A stretch of DNA of 63,355 nt, the filler included, from Olpidium bornovanus S191 (lineage: Eukaryota > Fungi > Olpidiomycota): assembly GCA_017911155.1 (NCBI GenBank). It is 25 parts of 25 records of this genome, joined end to end, with 100 filler letters (N's around TTAATTAATTAA, not from the genome) between each part and the next. Parts side by side here need not be neighbours in the genome. Positions count along the whole stretch, not along the records: positions 32,848 to 36,905 come from JAEFCI010005872.1; positions 37,006 to 39,787 come from JAEFCI010005548.1; positions 39,888 to 41,602 come from JAEFCI010006064.1; positions 41,703 to 42,957 come from JAEFCI010005967.1; positions 43,058 to 45,573 come from JAEFCI010009864.1; positions 45,674 to 47,338 come from JAEFCI010011584.1; positions 47,439 to 51,140 come from JAEFCI010013091.1; 18 more parts are not named here. One strand, given 5' to 3'. This document shows positions 36,064 to 49,238 of the stretch, piece after piece. The notes under the pieces are model-generated. The model had not been told where the DNA came from and did not search any database. It saw only the letters and a list, made by a program, of their open reading frames with translations. Made by a program: the position numbers and the translations under genes. Within the stretch, counting starts at the first letter, position 1; each line of letters begins with the position of its first letter.

Positions 36064-36659
36064 GCAGCGGTCACGTGACCTGAGAATCGCCGAGACCACC
36101 AGACACACCAGTGTGTCTAGTCGTGACGTCACGTGACCCCCAGACCCAGATCAAGATCAAGAACAGTGTGTGTGTGCGGGCCCACCAGTGTGGTGGCGCC
36201 CGCAATGTGCGTGGGCTCGCCAAGTGTGGGCTCACCCGGTGTGGGCTCACCAGTGTAATGGCGCCCCAGCCGCATTATCGGTGAATTTCTACCATGCTGT
36301 GGCTTTCGGAGTATTTCCGAGCCCGCGGCGTATTTTCACCGCGTTCTAGGAGCATTTCCGAGCCCAACGCCAGTGCCGGAGCCGCAATACCGGACATTGC
36401 GTACCACATATTGCGCACCGGATATTGCGCACCGGATGGTGCGCACCGGTACGCGCGGTACTGCGCACACACACGCACATACACCACATATCACCACATA
36501 TCCGCTACGGCGCCGGCTATGGCAGCCGCGCCTATATAAATCATATATAACATGTACCCTTAGAGCTACTGTTCTCCCAAGATATTTCCAGAATCCTGTA
36601 CGCTACGTACTCCAGATCCAGATCCAGAGCCAGACGGCGAATACAATGCCAGGGTTACC
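35989..36659 (+). mobile_element. LTR-like region (U3-type short repeats, two E-boxes, TATA)
   Basis: Starts TGTCACG; GTCACGTGAC at 36070 and 36128; GTGGGCTC and TGCGCACCGG repeats; TATATAAA at 36533-36540; followed by TGGTAT. No second LTR is available to confirm. Confidence 0.4.
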
Positions 36660-36846
36660 TGGTATTTTATAGTGGAGTTGGGGTGGGGGCCGTTCGAGCA
36701 AAACATAACTGAGTATTAGGTGTAGGATAAGCACGGACAAGGAAAAAACCTTATTTTATTCTTGTTCCTATTGGCCCCCTTGTGAGGCGCTGTGAGGGGC
36801 ACGTTATGCTTATTTCCAAAACCAAATTTTATTCTGCCCCCCCCCC

Positions 36847-36898
<52 letters not shown>

Positions 36899-37005
36899 AC
36901 TTCACNNNNNNNNNNNNNNNNNNNNNNNNNNNNNNNNNNNNNNNNNNNNTTAATTAATTAANNNNNNNNNNNNNNNNNNNNNNNNNNNNNNNNNNNNNNN
37001 NNNNN

Positions 37006-38760
37006 CATGGCACGATCCAATGGTCAGGAGCAGCTTCGACACTTTCCGAGGTGGGGGTACGGTAATGGAAATTGACAAGCAACCAGTTGCGGCAGAGGTA
37101 GGAATGCGTGACACTTGGCTGCCCTGCTGAACGGGTAAATCTGTAGGTCTTTGATGCCCCGTCTGTAGCCAGCCTAGGCGCGAGGTCCAGTCTGGATGCA
37201 CCGGCGTCCGCAAAAACGCCTGAGAGACCTGTCGATCTGTGGACGAGTTACACGCTGTTGTACCTAGAGAATGGCAAGCATTCAATACAGACCCAAATCC
37301 GCGATAAACTCAGCGCGAGAAAAGTTGCGCGACGGAATGGCTTTTATCCAGAGTACCGTAAATATATTGTGGTACCAACGCGTTGAGGAAATAGGATCGC
37401 GTTTACACAGGCAGCCAAATGGAATCATGTTTAGGGGTTGCAGGACTAGACTGCTCCACCATGCGCTGGTCAAGCCGTTGACAGAAAACAAGACCCGCCG
37501 CACATTACCTTTTCCTACCTGCCGACTGATATGCTCTCCGGTCATTTCTACGGAGTGCGGCACTATTCACTTCGAGGCAACGGAGGACGGAGGAGTACGA
37601 GTAAACCGGTTGCGGAGGCGCGCGGCGATCAAACGATCCTTTATTCGTACGTGATCTCGTAGCATGGATGTCCCCGGAAAATAAATCAGCCCGCGCGTTC
37701 CCGTTTGCGGACTGCTCAACACCGCGAATGCCGTCGGTTGCGAGCTTTTTCGGGGTATATCCGTCCGGACAGTGAGTATACCCTCGAACTTGCAGGTCGG
37801 CGCCGGATGCCGGATTTGCCACCACGTTAATGTCTACCGGAGAATGACGTCTTTTCCTCTGTATAGCCGTGGTCAATGCGTTCCGGGGAATGCGACTTGC
37901 CGACGCATCCGGCTTCAATGCCTCTGCGCATTTTAACGCCAAAAGCCCACGCGATATTCTGTTAGGTCGGTGATATGATATCCGAGCAAGGACAAGCGGC
38001 GGAGTCTTGGACGCAGCGGCTCTTCAGAGGGCGAACCTTCAAAATTTCCGGGCCCGGGCTTGTTGACCATCGACCACGGAAGGTGCGATGGTTGAGAACC
38101 GGTTGCATCAATGTCCATTTTGCCCTGGTGAAGTATGGCGGCCACACGACGGTTTCTTCCCTGGCAATCAAGCATGCGCCTTTTTTCCCCGCGCAGGTGA
38201 TCGGCTGCCGCCTGTGCCTGTCTGATGCCAGTCGTCTGTACTTGGGATGAGGATCCGCGCGACACCGTCGCCATGGTTTGTCCTTCCGGCAGTTTCCACA
38301 CATACTGTTGGGGCAGGCCGGAGCCTGCAGCCACCAGCGACTGCGGGAGGGGCGGCGCGGGGACCCGCGGCACAGGAGGCAATCGCGGCACGGGACCTGC
38401 CCAGAGCGGTCCAGCACGGGCCGCGACCAGCGCAAGCGCCTCCTCCCAGTTCCGAGGAATAAGACTTCCCCATTTGCCGCTTTCAGCGCAGGAACCAAAA
38501 CTCGTGTTCGAGGTGACAGCAGGAGCATGCTGGCCGCCCCACCTGGCGTTTCGCGGCAAGCGCGCGCCGTGCTCCATTGGCGGCTGAGCCCGCCGGACTG
38601 CCCGGGGGAGCGATCGCCTCGGCGGCCTTCCGTTTGGCACGGCCTCCTGTTCTTGTCGCGTCCGATGCGCGTCCGGGTTGCAAAATGGGCGCGGCGCCGG
38701 GCTGGACACCTGGTCGACTGTTGCACGAGGAAGGCGTGTCACCAACCCATCATGAAACAA
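37006..38760 (-). CDS. Probable multi-exon gene of unknown function (fragment)
   Basis: Balanced-composition coding-like stretches (37282-37563, 37505-37942, 37933-38760) with GT/AG boundaries. No family recognised. Confidence 0.3.
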
Positions 38761-39961
38761 GTTAGGCGTCGACGCAGGGGTGCATCATGTGTGCCGCGGG
38801 GAAGCGGGAACGCCCGCCGGCGAGACCGCCTCCGCTTCGAGGGCACACACCGCACCCGATAATCCCGCTCGTGCGTGCGAAGGGACACTCTCCGTGGGCC
38901 GGAGGTGGCATGGCCGGCCCCGACCGACGGGCATTTCCAAACAAACGGGCCTGATCACGTTCGACGGACACTTTTCGCACGGACCTGCGTGGTTAGCAAC
39001 ACAGCGTCTTCCGACTAACCGACTCTGCGGGGAAAGGGCCATTAGCGGAGCGGGCGAGGAGCGTGCGGACAGGAGTCACGTGACTAGCCTTGCTCTTTCG
39101 CCCCCTTCCTCGCCTTGTTCGACGCGTCGCCGACGCGTCCCTCTTTCACCGAAAAGCCTTCCCAAACCCGTCTAACCGACCTCACCGTCGGAGGCCCCAG
39201 ACCACCTCGATCAGCGAGACTTTCCATCCTCTTCAGCGCAAAAAAAAAATTCATAAAAAAATACGGAAAGAAAGAGAAAACTCCCGCGAATCCTGCAAAA
39301 AAGCGAAAAGAAAATCTCACGAATACCGCGAACCCCGCATAAATGATTGTAATATAAATATTTTTTATAACATCAAAATATATAGAATACAAAAAAAGAA
39401 AAAAAACCGAAAAAAAGAAAGGATCCCGCAGAAAAAAAAAAGGAAACATCCTGCGAATGCAGCAAAAAAAATGAAATAAGGAAAAAAAATTCACAAGAAA
39501 GTTAGCTACGCTGCGGTTCGTCAGAACCCTAAATTTCTGATGTCTTTTAAGGGATGAAGGAAGAAGGAGGTCGGGGAAGGGAGCACGACCCGGTTAGCCA
39601 CCACACATCTCCCACTGTGCCCCAGGCAGAACCTAGCAGACACGTCACAACGCCACCTTCCGCCACCATGTATCGAACGACCCTTCCCCCCAATTCCTTC
39701 GTTCCTTCGTTCCTTCCCTCCATCATTCCAAGGCGTCAAAAATTTAGCGGTTCTGCCGCCACGTACACAAATTGGGACCCTTCCGCCNNNNNNNNNNNNN
39801 NNNNNNNNNNNNNNNNNNNNNNNNNNNNNNNTTAATTAATTAANNNNNNNNNNNNNNNNNNNNNNNNNNNNNNNNNNNNNNNNNNNNACGTTCCTTCCGT
39901 TTTTCGCTCTGCTAAAGTCGGGTTTTCTGTCTCGCAAAAAAAAACAAACAAAAAAAAACAG

Positions 39962-40290
39962 GCGACCGCGCCAAGCCGCAGGCGGAGCCGAGGCCCGAGG
40001 AGTACATGGCCATGATCGTGAAGGAGAAAGAAAAGTGCGAGAAGTACATGAGCCAGACGAAGCGCTTCGACGACGAGCTCCACCGCAAACTCGCCTTCTG
40101 CGCGGAGCTGCTCAGGAAGCCTGCGGGAGAGCCCGACGACGACGACGACGGCGGCGGCGGCGGCGCCAAGAAAGGATTCCCTCCGGACGCTCCCGCGAAC
40201 GGCGCCGGCGGCGACCAGTTCAGGCCCGCGAGAAAAATAAGCTCCCGCCACCCGAGCGCGACGTTCCCCGGAAGCGCCACGGTCTCCTAG
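39962..40290 (+). CDS. Terminal exon of an unknown protein
   Basis: Acceptor CAG at 39959-39961, charged coding-like stretch EEYMAMIVKEKEKCEKYMSQTKRFDDELHRKLAFCAELL ending at TAG. Confidence 0.4.
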
Positions 40291-41702
40291 CTTTCTTGCT
40301 TCGCAGGACAAAAAAAAAACAACCGCGAAGCCCAGGGCGTAAGCGCTTTTTAACGGCGCGCGCGCCTGCCCGAATCTTGCGCAGCGGAAAGACCCCCCCG
40401 CACGGGGGTCGTCGAGAATCTGTTTTAACTTTTTGCTTCCGTTTTGGCGCCAGCGTTGTTGTTTAAAACGCTCAGGCCCGCCTTCCCCGTTCCTTCTTCC
40501 CCCCCCCCTTCCCCTTCCTCCTCCGTTTGCAATTCGGGCACTTCGAAACGCATTTCGGGGCTTTCGTAACCGGGATTTTGCGCACTCCTCGCCCGTCGCC
40601 CTCAAACTATCCACGACGCTTGCTCTGCGCTCCGCCACCGCGCGGTCTCACCGTCGTACATGTCCCGTATCAAGTTCCTGCCGAGGCCTTATCCTTCACT
40701 AATCACGAACGCGCCTTTTTTTGCCACACCGCGCACGGCGGGCCCATCTTCCGATATTTTTTTTTTGCCGCGACGGCGCGGCCCATCAACCCAGCTAAGC
40801 GGGGGCGCAGCCAAATCTCGATGTCGCATTTGCAACTTGGCGGGCAAACCAAAAAAAGGGGGGGGGGGAGAGCAGAACGCGTGCTAAGTGCCGGGATGTC
40901 ACGCAATTGCCGCGTCCGGTGAATTGAAAAAACCTGACTCTGCCCCCAGAAAGAAATAAAGACCGGTCGATCGTTTGCCGCCGACGGGCTGGTTCGGACG
41001 GCTTCGAATTTTTTTTTTCTCGCGGCCGCCGCGGCCCCCCACCGCTCATTGGCGATTAGCGAGGAGGATGTTGGGGAAAAGTTCGTAACGCTGGCGGATC
41101 ATACGGGCGTCCCGGAGTAATTTCCTCCCAAGAAAGCCTGCGGGGGCCCGGAGAAGGTGCAGGTCGCATTTTCTCCAAAAGGTACATCTGGAGGCCGCAA
41201 TTCGGAGCGTTTTTCTTTTTCTTTTGGTGGGGGGCGGGGGGAGTGGGGGCCGGGTCCCCAAGGGGAGGAGGGGGTGGTTGGGGCAAATTGCATTGGCGTG
41301 CGATGCGGTGCGGCGGCGCATTTTCAAACGCACAGACAGAGCTCACCACAGCCGACGGAAGACACGCGCCGTTCGGGGTCGTTTCGCCCCGATGAGATTT
41401 CAAGAGCGCCTGGTTTGCAAGGTTTTACGCTGATTTTATGCCGCAAACGTAAAATACAAGCGCGCGAAACGCGCAGTACGTCTGCTGCATCGAGTTGGGA
41501 TTAGCTTACCGGAGAAATAGTGGATGGAGTACATAAGATTAGAATTGAACGCTCAAGAGTTAATAGTGCGGGTTGGTGCTCTTCTGTTGCATTTTACACA
41601 TGNNNNNNNNNNNNNNNNNNNNNNNNNNNNNNNNNNNNNNNNNNNNTTAATTAATTAANNNNNNNNNNNNNNNNNNNNNNNNNNNNNNNNNNNNNNNNNN
41701 NN

Positions 41703-42957
41703 AAGCATGTTGTCGAACGTCAATTCCGGTTCGTTGTCCGGTTCCCTGTTCGCAAATGGCGCATTTTCGAGAGCATTCTGGGTAATGCTCAAGTTTGGTA
41801 CGTCTTTGGTGAACGCTCCGCCGAAAAGACTCTTTACGCTGATATCTCTCGAGCTTTGCCGGGATCCTCGCGGTGACCTCAGTCCCGGAAAGCCACCGTC
41901 CCCTGATGGAAGTTTTCCGGTGGATATTATGGAGTTGGCTGCACTTTTACGGTTCCATGTGCTCTCAGTTGGTCCGCTGGCCCCTTTCGGATGGAGCAGT
42001 TTTTCCAAGATAGTTGAAACTCCCGAAGTGTTCAGCGTTCCCGCACGACTCCTCGGCCGCAGGGTGACGGACTTTGCCGTATCGTTTGTATATGCGAGCC
42101 CGGGCAGCCCGGGAGCCGACAGGTGCGCGGCAGATACCCTTGTTTTCGCAGCCGAAATGCCCGCGGGCTTCGCGTCCAAAAGCGAGTTTTCGCCTTGGGA
42201 AACAACCGCCTCGGCCGAATTACGATGCACGGAGTCCGCCTCTGGAGACGAACGGCTGTGCCGCTGACGGCCCATTATCGGTTTTCACCGTGTTCTCCAG
42301 ACGGTAGGGTATAGCGAATGCTTGCAGGTGGAGGTGCTTGTTCCGCTGAAATGCCTGCCAGCTTTTCGAGATTTCTTTGCTAGGCGAGACGGGAGAGAGG
42401 TGGTGGTGGGGGGAAGGGGAGGGTGGCCATCCAAATGCGAAACGCCGGGCTTTCTGCCGGCCAGACGGCTGTTTCCCGGGGGTTCCGCCGGCTGCTGAAA
42501 GCAATTTCGACAATGCCGCTCCCGATCGCCCCAATTAATTCCACGGCTGAAACTGGCGGATGTTACCTTGTTCCCACGGAAAAACATCGGTTCAGGAGAT
42601 TTGGGCGGGCATCGGATTGGGCTTGCGTGATTGCGACGTACTCCGAGTCAGGGGCCGGTTGGCAACGTCGTCACAGCAACCGTCGTCAATGGACCCAAAC
42701 GACCGGTAAAATCTTACCGCGTCGCCGTGGTGCAGCTATCCCTCCTCCCCCCCACCTCCTCCCCCAATTTGCAGGGCGGTTACAGGAAAACGGACTTTGC
42801 TTACGGCGGCTCAGCCTGGCAGGTAGCCTCTTTTTCCATGGCTTTCCACAAACCGACCAGCTCGGCCAACCGGGTGCCGTTCAGGCCCGCCCAGTCACCA
42901 AAGCGAATGATGGCCCTTGTCGCCGCGGCCTTGACGCGGTTCAGCAGCCGCGGCTCG
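41703..42957 (-). CDS. Internal exons of an unknown protein with a long Ser/Ala-rich disordered segment
   Basis: EPRLLNRVKAAATRAIIRFGDWAGL... followed by a GTAAGC donor, and an open ~190-codon segment to the contig end. Confidence 0.4.
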
Positions 42958-43057
42958 NNNNNNNNNNNNNNNNNNNNNNNNNNNNNNNNNNNNNNNNNNN
43001 NTTAATTAATTAANNNNNNNNNNNNNNNNNNNNNNNNNNNNNNNNNNNNNNNNNNNN

Positions 43058-44858
43058 TCATGTCGATCCCGCCGCGGTGAGGAGTCCAGCACGGGTTGCG
43101 CTCAATGTCAGCAAAGCTCATACTCTTGTTCGTATCATATTGGCGTTTCGTCTTCTTCAGCGAGCTTTTGGAGGAAACCTTCCCCAGCTGGGTCAGCGAC
43201 GGCGGAGGCGGGGAGCCCTTCAGTTTGAAGATGCGCCCCTCAACAGCATTCTTCGCTTTCGAGAACCATTTCTGCGGACCGACGTCGTCATTCAGCAAAA
43301 AGTCCGGCGGTGTATGGACGTGGAAACAGGCTGATGAAAGGGGCGTCTCACTTCGTCCTTGTATTCCAGTACCGCCTGGAGGCCGGTCTTTTCGCACGTG
43401 ATGACGGCGATCTCGCTGACGCTGATGTACAGCGAGCACCGCAACCACCCGTTGATGTAGGCCGTCGGGTGTGTGCACGCATATTCCTCGCCGTCCCGTT
43501 GCGAAAGGACAATGTATATGCCTCTATTTTCTTCTCCAGGGGTGATTCGCACGGCTGCGAGATATCCCAAGGCGCGGTCGTGAGTCACGCACCGCTGCGA
43601 CGGTGCGGACAACGCGACGGGGCAAAGATCAGGTCGGGATTCGCACCTGTCCCGGTAAACTTGGCAGCAATCTGGTCCAAGCCACGGGCAACGATTCCCT
43701 TCTCTTGGCACTCGTAACAAAACGCAGAGATAGGCGGATGGTGGGAGATCTGCTCGATCATCATCGCCACTTTCCGCGTCGGGCCACCCGCGGATTCTGC
43801 GACTGGCGTGCCGGAAAACGGCGGTGTTGCGGGCTGCGTGTTGTACTCGGCCAGGAACTGCTCGCCAAGGGTGGAGTTGTACGCCTTGACGAGTTTATCT
43901 TTCTACGGCAGCGACAGCAGTCCGGGTCCCGTAGAGGCCAGGTACTCAGGCTACAACGGACTTCTCAATAGGCAGATGATGTGCCGGCCGGCGTGTACTA
44001 CTCACGACAAATTTCAGATCTTTGGACAAATACCAGCGCACGACTGCCGCCATACGCTCCACAGGGTCGTCTGGATCTGAAATTACACTGAAGTAGTCCG
44101 GGCGGTCCATGTCTGCAGGAAACGGTAAACTTCAACGCTCCTGCGCAAGGGCTGTCATGAAGCGCACCCACGGGCAACGTACAATTCCAGTATTCAAGAT
44201 TTGATCTAAAGCAGGGCCGGAATCGTCAACGACGGCTTTCTCATCGAACAAGCAGCACCATAGGCGGGACGGACGCAAACCCGACACGCACATTGGATCC
44301 AAAAGCTGTGCAGGCAATGATATTCTCCTGCGTCGGTGTTTAGGAAGGAATCAAGGTACCCGCAAACGCCGCTTACGAGGAGAAAACGGGGATACGTGGG
44401 GAGCACTCACATTCCCACGATATCCTTGACACCAACCATTTTCCTCAAGAGTCCCAATATGACCTGGTCGGGGTCCAACCAAATGAGTCTGGTCAGCTTG
44501 TATGCGACTCGAACCTTTCCAACGCAAGCCCGGCGCAAACCAGCAGTTCCGCGGCCTTCGCACAACCCCTTCGTGGGTTTCCGGACCTCCTGCTGTATAC
44601 AAAAAGATGCACAAAAAAGTAGGAAAAGGTCGAACTCACCTGGAACTTGCTGGTGTTGTCCTCGCTGGCGACCTGGACGTTCTCCACACTGTGCTCCATG
44701 GCGGCCGCGTCTACGTCCGACGCCGCGGAACTCTTCTCGGCGGCGGCAGCGGCGGCTCCGGCGACTCCGGTTTCGTGTTCTCCGGGCTCTGTGCCCGGGG
44801 CTCCCGAGCCGGCTTTTGACAGCAACGGCGAAACCTCGACGTCGCCCTTTTCGGACAT
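43058..44858 (-). CDS. Oxysterol-binding protein (OSBP/ORP/Osh family), multi-exon, 3' truncated
   Basis: MRISLPAQLLDP-IPNLEYWN; DDPVERMAAVVRWYLSKDL; KAYNSTLGEQF; signature EQISHHPPISAF; EEYACTHPTAYINGWLR. Confidence 0.93.
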
Positions 44859-45478
44859 TGTCGGCGGCAGCTTCAGGGGCTTCGCGGGCTTTCCGCGGCG
44901 AAATGGGGCCGGGAAACAGGAGAGCGGTGTCAGCCGGCTGCGGCGGCGGGCGCTTGCGAAAAGGCGACGGGGACGGGAAGGAGCAGCGGCAGTTAGCGCT
45001 GGGTCTCCCACCTAAGACGGGGTGCGAGATGCGGGAGAGTGCGGGGGTTGGTTGGTGGGTGGGTGGGTGGGTGTGGGGCGGGAGGCGGGCAGCAATTTTT
45101 CCTTTTCTTTTTTTTTTTTTTTTTTTCTTTTTTTTTTTTTTCCTAGTGCCGAGGTCGAGGCGGAGAAGGATCGGGCCTCGTCTGACGGGGCAGCGCAGGA
45201 GAGAGAGAGAAAAACCCGAACGACGACAGGCACGCCAAAACGAGCTTCCGTCCGAACGAAACGTATTCCGCGCCGATTCTGGTCGTGTTGCCCGATGTGC
45301 CGGAACGTTTGCCACGTCTGCCTGTTCCGAATGGCGCGGCATCGGATAAATCTGAACGTCGTCACTCACACACACACACTCTCTCTCTCTCGGATTTCCC
45401 TTAAATCTCGAAAACAGAGATAAAGGTAAGCAGGCCTGCCTTTGCAGTGTGGCTGATGAAAAGTTGACACTGACGGCG

Positions 45479-45519
<41 letters not shown>

Positions 45520-45537
45520 GAGGGCAGGGGGCCGCGG

Positions 45538-45573
<36 letters not shown>

Positions 45574-45748
45574 NNNNNNNNNNNNNNNNNNNNNNNNNNN
45601 NNNNNNNNNNNNNNNNNTTAATTAATTAANNNNNNNNNNNNNNNNNNNNNNNNNNNNNNNNNNNNNNNNNNNNAAAGTTTTTTTAGGGGCAAAAAAGTGT
45701 ATCTCCGCAATATCGGAGAATACAAGGCGCTCTGCCCCCACCTCCCCC

Positions 45749-46911
45749 CTACTTCTGGGTTTTGATTCCCGTACCAAAAATGGGGGTGATCATGTTCGGC
45801 CGGTCCCGGTCCAGCAGGCCGTCCGGACCGTACGGCCGCCAGTCACTCTCGCCGAGCGAAGACGTCGTGGCTAAACTCGAGGTGGACGAGATCCCGTCGC
45901 TCTTCCCGCCCGGCCCGCCGCTGCCGCCGCCGCCGGGTATTCCCGCCAGGATCGCGGCGGCGTTGCCAGCGCCGTGCGAGGAGCGCGACGGTCCGACGGC
46001 GTACGTGCTGCTCATGCGCGGGTTTACGAAACTTCTCGTAGGAGCCCCCTGATTCGCCGGGGGCAGACAACAGATTGAGAACCGAAAGGCTGCAGCGACA
46101 TGCAATGTAGTCTTTGGAGCAAGAAAAATAAAAAAATGGAACGCGGAAACAGGGCGCTCCTCACCGTTTCGTCTATTACGCCGTGGCCCGAAAATGGGCG
46201 TCGTGCTCCACCCGAGAATTGCCGCCTGTTCCGAAAATAACGCGGGCAGGTCCCCCATCCCCCCGGCGGGCGCGGTTGGGCAGACAATCGTCCAGGGAGC
46301 AGACAAACACTTAAAACCCGGACGAAAGAAAGAAAAAAGTTGAGCCACGCGGCTCACCTCCCGGCCAGCCTCAAGGCGTCCGACCTGTACCGACTCTTGT
46401 CGAACTCGGAAAACCCCGCCACGCCGCCTTCCAAGATGTCGCTGGCGTCGAAATAGACGTGCCTGCCAACCTTTTGTCCGCCGCCGGGGCCGTGGGGTTG
46501 GTGCGCCCCGCCGTATGCGTTCGCAGCGTGGTGCGGGTGCGGGGGCTGGTGCTGGCCAAAGAAGTATGGGTTCTCAACGGTCGGCTGGTTCGCGACGGGG
46601 CCCGATTCCAGAGATGACATGGAGGACGCCATGTCCTGCTGCGTGTTCGGACGGAGGGGCGGCAGTTTCTTGCCGTGGGAGGTCGACGGCCTGGAAGGCG
46701 CGGGCGCGTTTTGGAGTTTAAGGGGGCCAATCCTGCATGAGGCGCAGCGCGTGAGTCGAATTGCAAACGACGAGCGACGGCCGGACTGGGCGCATAATCT
46801 GGAACGGAAGTTCACGCCATACCCGGTGCCAAAAAGCACGTCGTTCAGCTGACTGGTGGGCGGGTTGCACGCCGGAACGCTGGGTACAGCGGAAGGCGCC
46901 AGAGGGATCAA
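45749..46911 (-). CDS. C-terminal exons of an unknown low-complexity protein
   Basis: Two coding-like open stretches (46354-46911, 45749-46030) with G/S/P/H-rich composition. No domain recognised. Confidence 0.4.
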
Positions 46912-47438
46912 ACGGCCTGCTGTTGTAGCATTGCTGAATTCAGTTTCGTGAAACTATTCAGCGAGGGAACCTGCAGCATATGCTCAAAATCGCGCAGTGT
47001 CCGCGAGTCCGACAGTCCGACGTCCCATACCGCTTCCAACCAGAATACGACAAGATACGGCGATCAACACCCGTGGCCAATGCCGGCGGCGGCGGCGGCG
47101 GCTGCGACTTTAGGTTGCCGTGCGAAACGTACGCGTGCCCCGCGTCTGAAACGTGAGCGGAGGTGGGACGCGACGCCTCGAACTGTGTGTCGTCACTTGA
47201 CCGACACGTGTCTCGTGAGAAAATGTCCATTTGAGTGTCTGACATCTGCGTTGCGTACGGGCAAGCTACCTGGAACTTCTCCTCGTGTTCGTGCCTTCGT
47301 CTCGCCGCTTTTGCAACGGAACCGGCTTGATAGTCATGNNNNNNNNNNNNNNNNNNNNNNNNNNNNNNNNNNNNNNNNNNNNTTAATTAATTAANNNNNN
47401 NNNNNNNNNNNNNNNNNNNNNNNNNNNNNNNNNNNNNN

Positions 47439-47473
<35 letters not shown>

Positions 47474-47594
47474 AAAACTCTTCGTGCGTCGCGTTGCGTC
47501 CCCTAACCGCTAAGGGCGTCTGTTTTGCTTTTCTTTTTCTGCTTCGCCCCCTTCTCTTTTTCCTTTTCCTTTTTTTGCTTTTCGCTCCCTGCAG

Positions 47595-49238
47595 TTGCAA
47601 TCTTGGCTGCCCGTCACCTGCCACCCGATCGTCGTCTTCGACAGCGACATCCTCAACCCGAACCGCACGCCGCTCCCCTGCAACATCACGGACGACGCCG
47701 ACCTCGATCAGCTGAATAGAGCCGCGCTGACCTTCCGCCTGGACGACGACGGCGAAGAGATACCTGTCCCGCTTGCGGATCTCATATTCGACTATCCGGA
47801 CGGGAAGAAGGGGTGAGTATTTTTTTTTCCCCGCGAGGAATGCCTGCCAAAATCTTCCCGCTTCAAGCACGCGCGTACACCCCTCCTTCCTGCGATTTAA
47901 AACGAAAAATTCTGAACGCGGGTGGGATTTTAAAAGGTTGTGTGTCAAGTCGACCGGCGTCTCGGCCTCGACGGCGGCGATCCGGCGCCTGCTCTCCCCC
48001 TTGGACACCACCGTCCTCGCCGACACGACCAACACGCTCGGCCTGCAGGAAATCGTCCTCGGCAGCCGCGCGATGCGGAACGTCTACATGGCCTTCGACT
48101 ACCAGACCGGGCGCACGGGACTGGCGCCGAAGAGGAACGTGAGCGGTAAGAGGGGAACTACGTGGCGTGGGAGGGGTTTTTTTTTTTTTTTTTTGGTGGC
48201 ACATCGCGCCGTCCTCTCCTTCCTTTTCCCTTCCCCCCCCCCACGCCCCAGCAGGCCTTTTTCCCCTCAAAAATGGCGACTTCATGTTTTATTTTTTATT
48301 TTTTTGCGCTCCCCGTTCCCTCTAACTCCCCCCGCTCTTCCCCCCAAGCAGAGTTTGACACATCGCTGGGCGGCGGTATACCTCAGAAAAAGTGCACCGG
48401 TCTCCAAGTGTACTACGAAGTACGTTTTTTATTTTTTTTATTTTTTATTTTTTTTTTCCTGCACGGTCAGAAACCGGGGTGGTGGCGGTTGTCGCCGACG
48501 AGTTTAGACGGGTGGCGGCGGAGCGCGTGTTTCGTAAACAAAAAAAAAAAAAAAAAAAAAAGGCCCGTTTGTGTGCGGTCGCGAACCCCTATCGGACACT
48601 TCTCACCTCCCTTTTTCCCCGCCAAAAAAAAATAAAAATAAAAATAAAAATAAAATAAAATAAAATAAAATAAAAATAATAAAAATAAAAAAATAAAAAA
48701 CAAAATCGCGCCGGCGATTTCGCCGCCCCCCCCCCACCTTCTTTTCCTTTCGTTTCTCCCCGACGGCAAAAACAAAACCAAAAACCACGTAGCCCTTGAA
48801 CACGTGCATCGGGCCAGTCTGCGACGCGTACCTCTTCAGCCGCCTGAACGACGCGGAGGATCAGTGCGAATTCGTAAGTGCGCGGGGGCGCAGGCAAGAA
48901 ACACAAAACAAAACAAAAAAACCGGAAAACAGCCCTTCCCCCTCCCCCTCCCCCTCCTGCGAGTAAACTCTCGACGAGTCGGGCGCGTGGGAAAGGAATG
49001 ACCCGGCTAAACTTTCTTCCTCTCTTTTGCGTTCGAAAAAAAATAATATTGGAACAAATTCGAACGTCGCCCCCCCCCCCCCTCCCTCCCCCCCCCCCCC
49101 CCCCCTTTCACCCCCAAAAAGGCGCCCGTTTACCGATACACGATTGTGGCCCTGGGGGCGGTCATCATCGCGGGCGAACTGGCGTACTCGGCAATGTACG
49201 CATCGTTAACGCAAAAAGCCCTGGCGTCCTTGTCGTGA
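47595..49238 (+). CDS. Pepsin-like (A1) aspartic peptidase C-terminal part with Cys-rich linker and C-terminal TM helix, multi-exon, 5' truncated
   Basis: LTFRLDDDGEEIPVPLADLIF; IVLGSRAMRNVYMAFDYQTGRTGLAP (A1 C-terminal motif); KKCTGLQVYYE|PLNTCIGPVCDAYLFSRLNDAEDQCEF; YTIVALGAVIIAGELAYSAMY...*. Confidence 0.7.
48624..48705. repeat. (AAAAT)n microsatellite inside an intron
   Basis: Repeated AAAAT/AAAAAT units directly visible. Confidence 0.9.

Noticed and set aside
38168-38310. MCGNCRKDKPWRRC as a GATA zinc finger
   Set aside because: Cys spacing does not fit C-x2-C-x17/18-C-x2-C, and the frame is not clearly the coding one.
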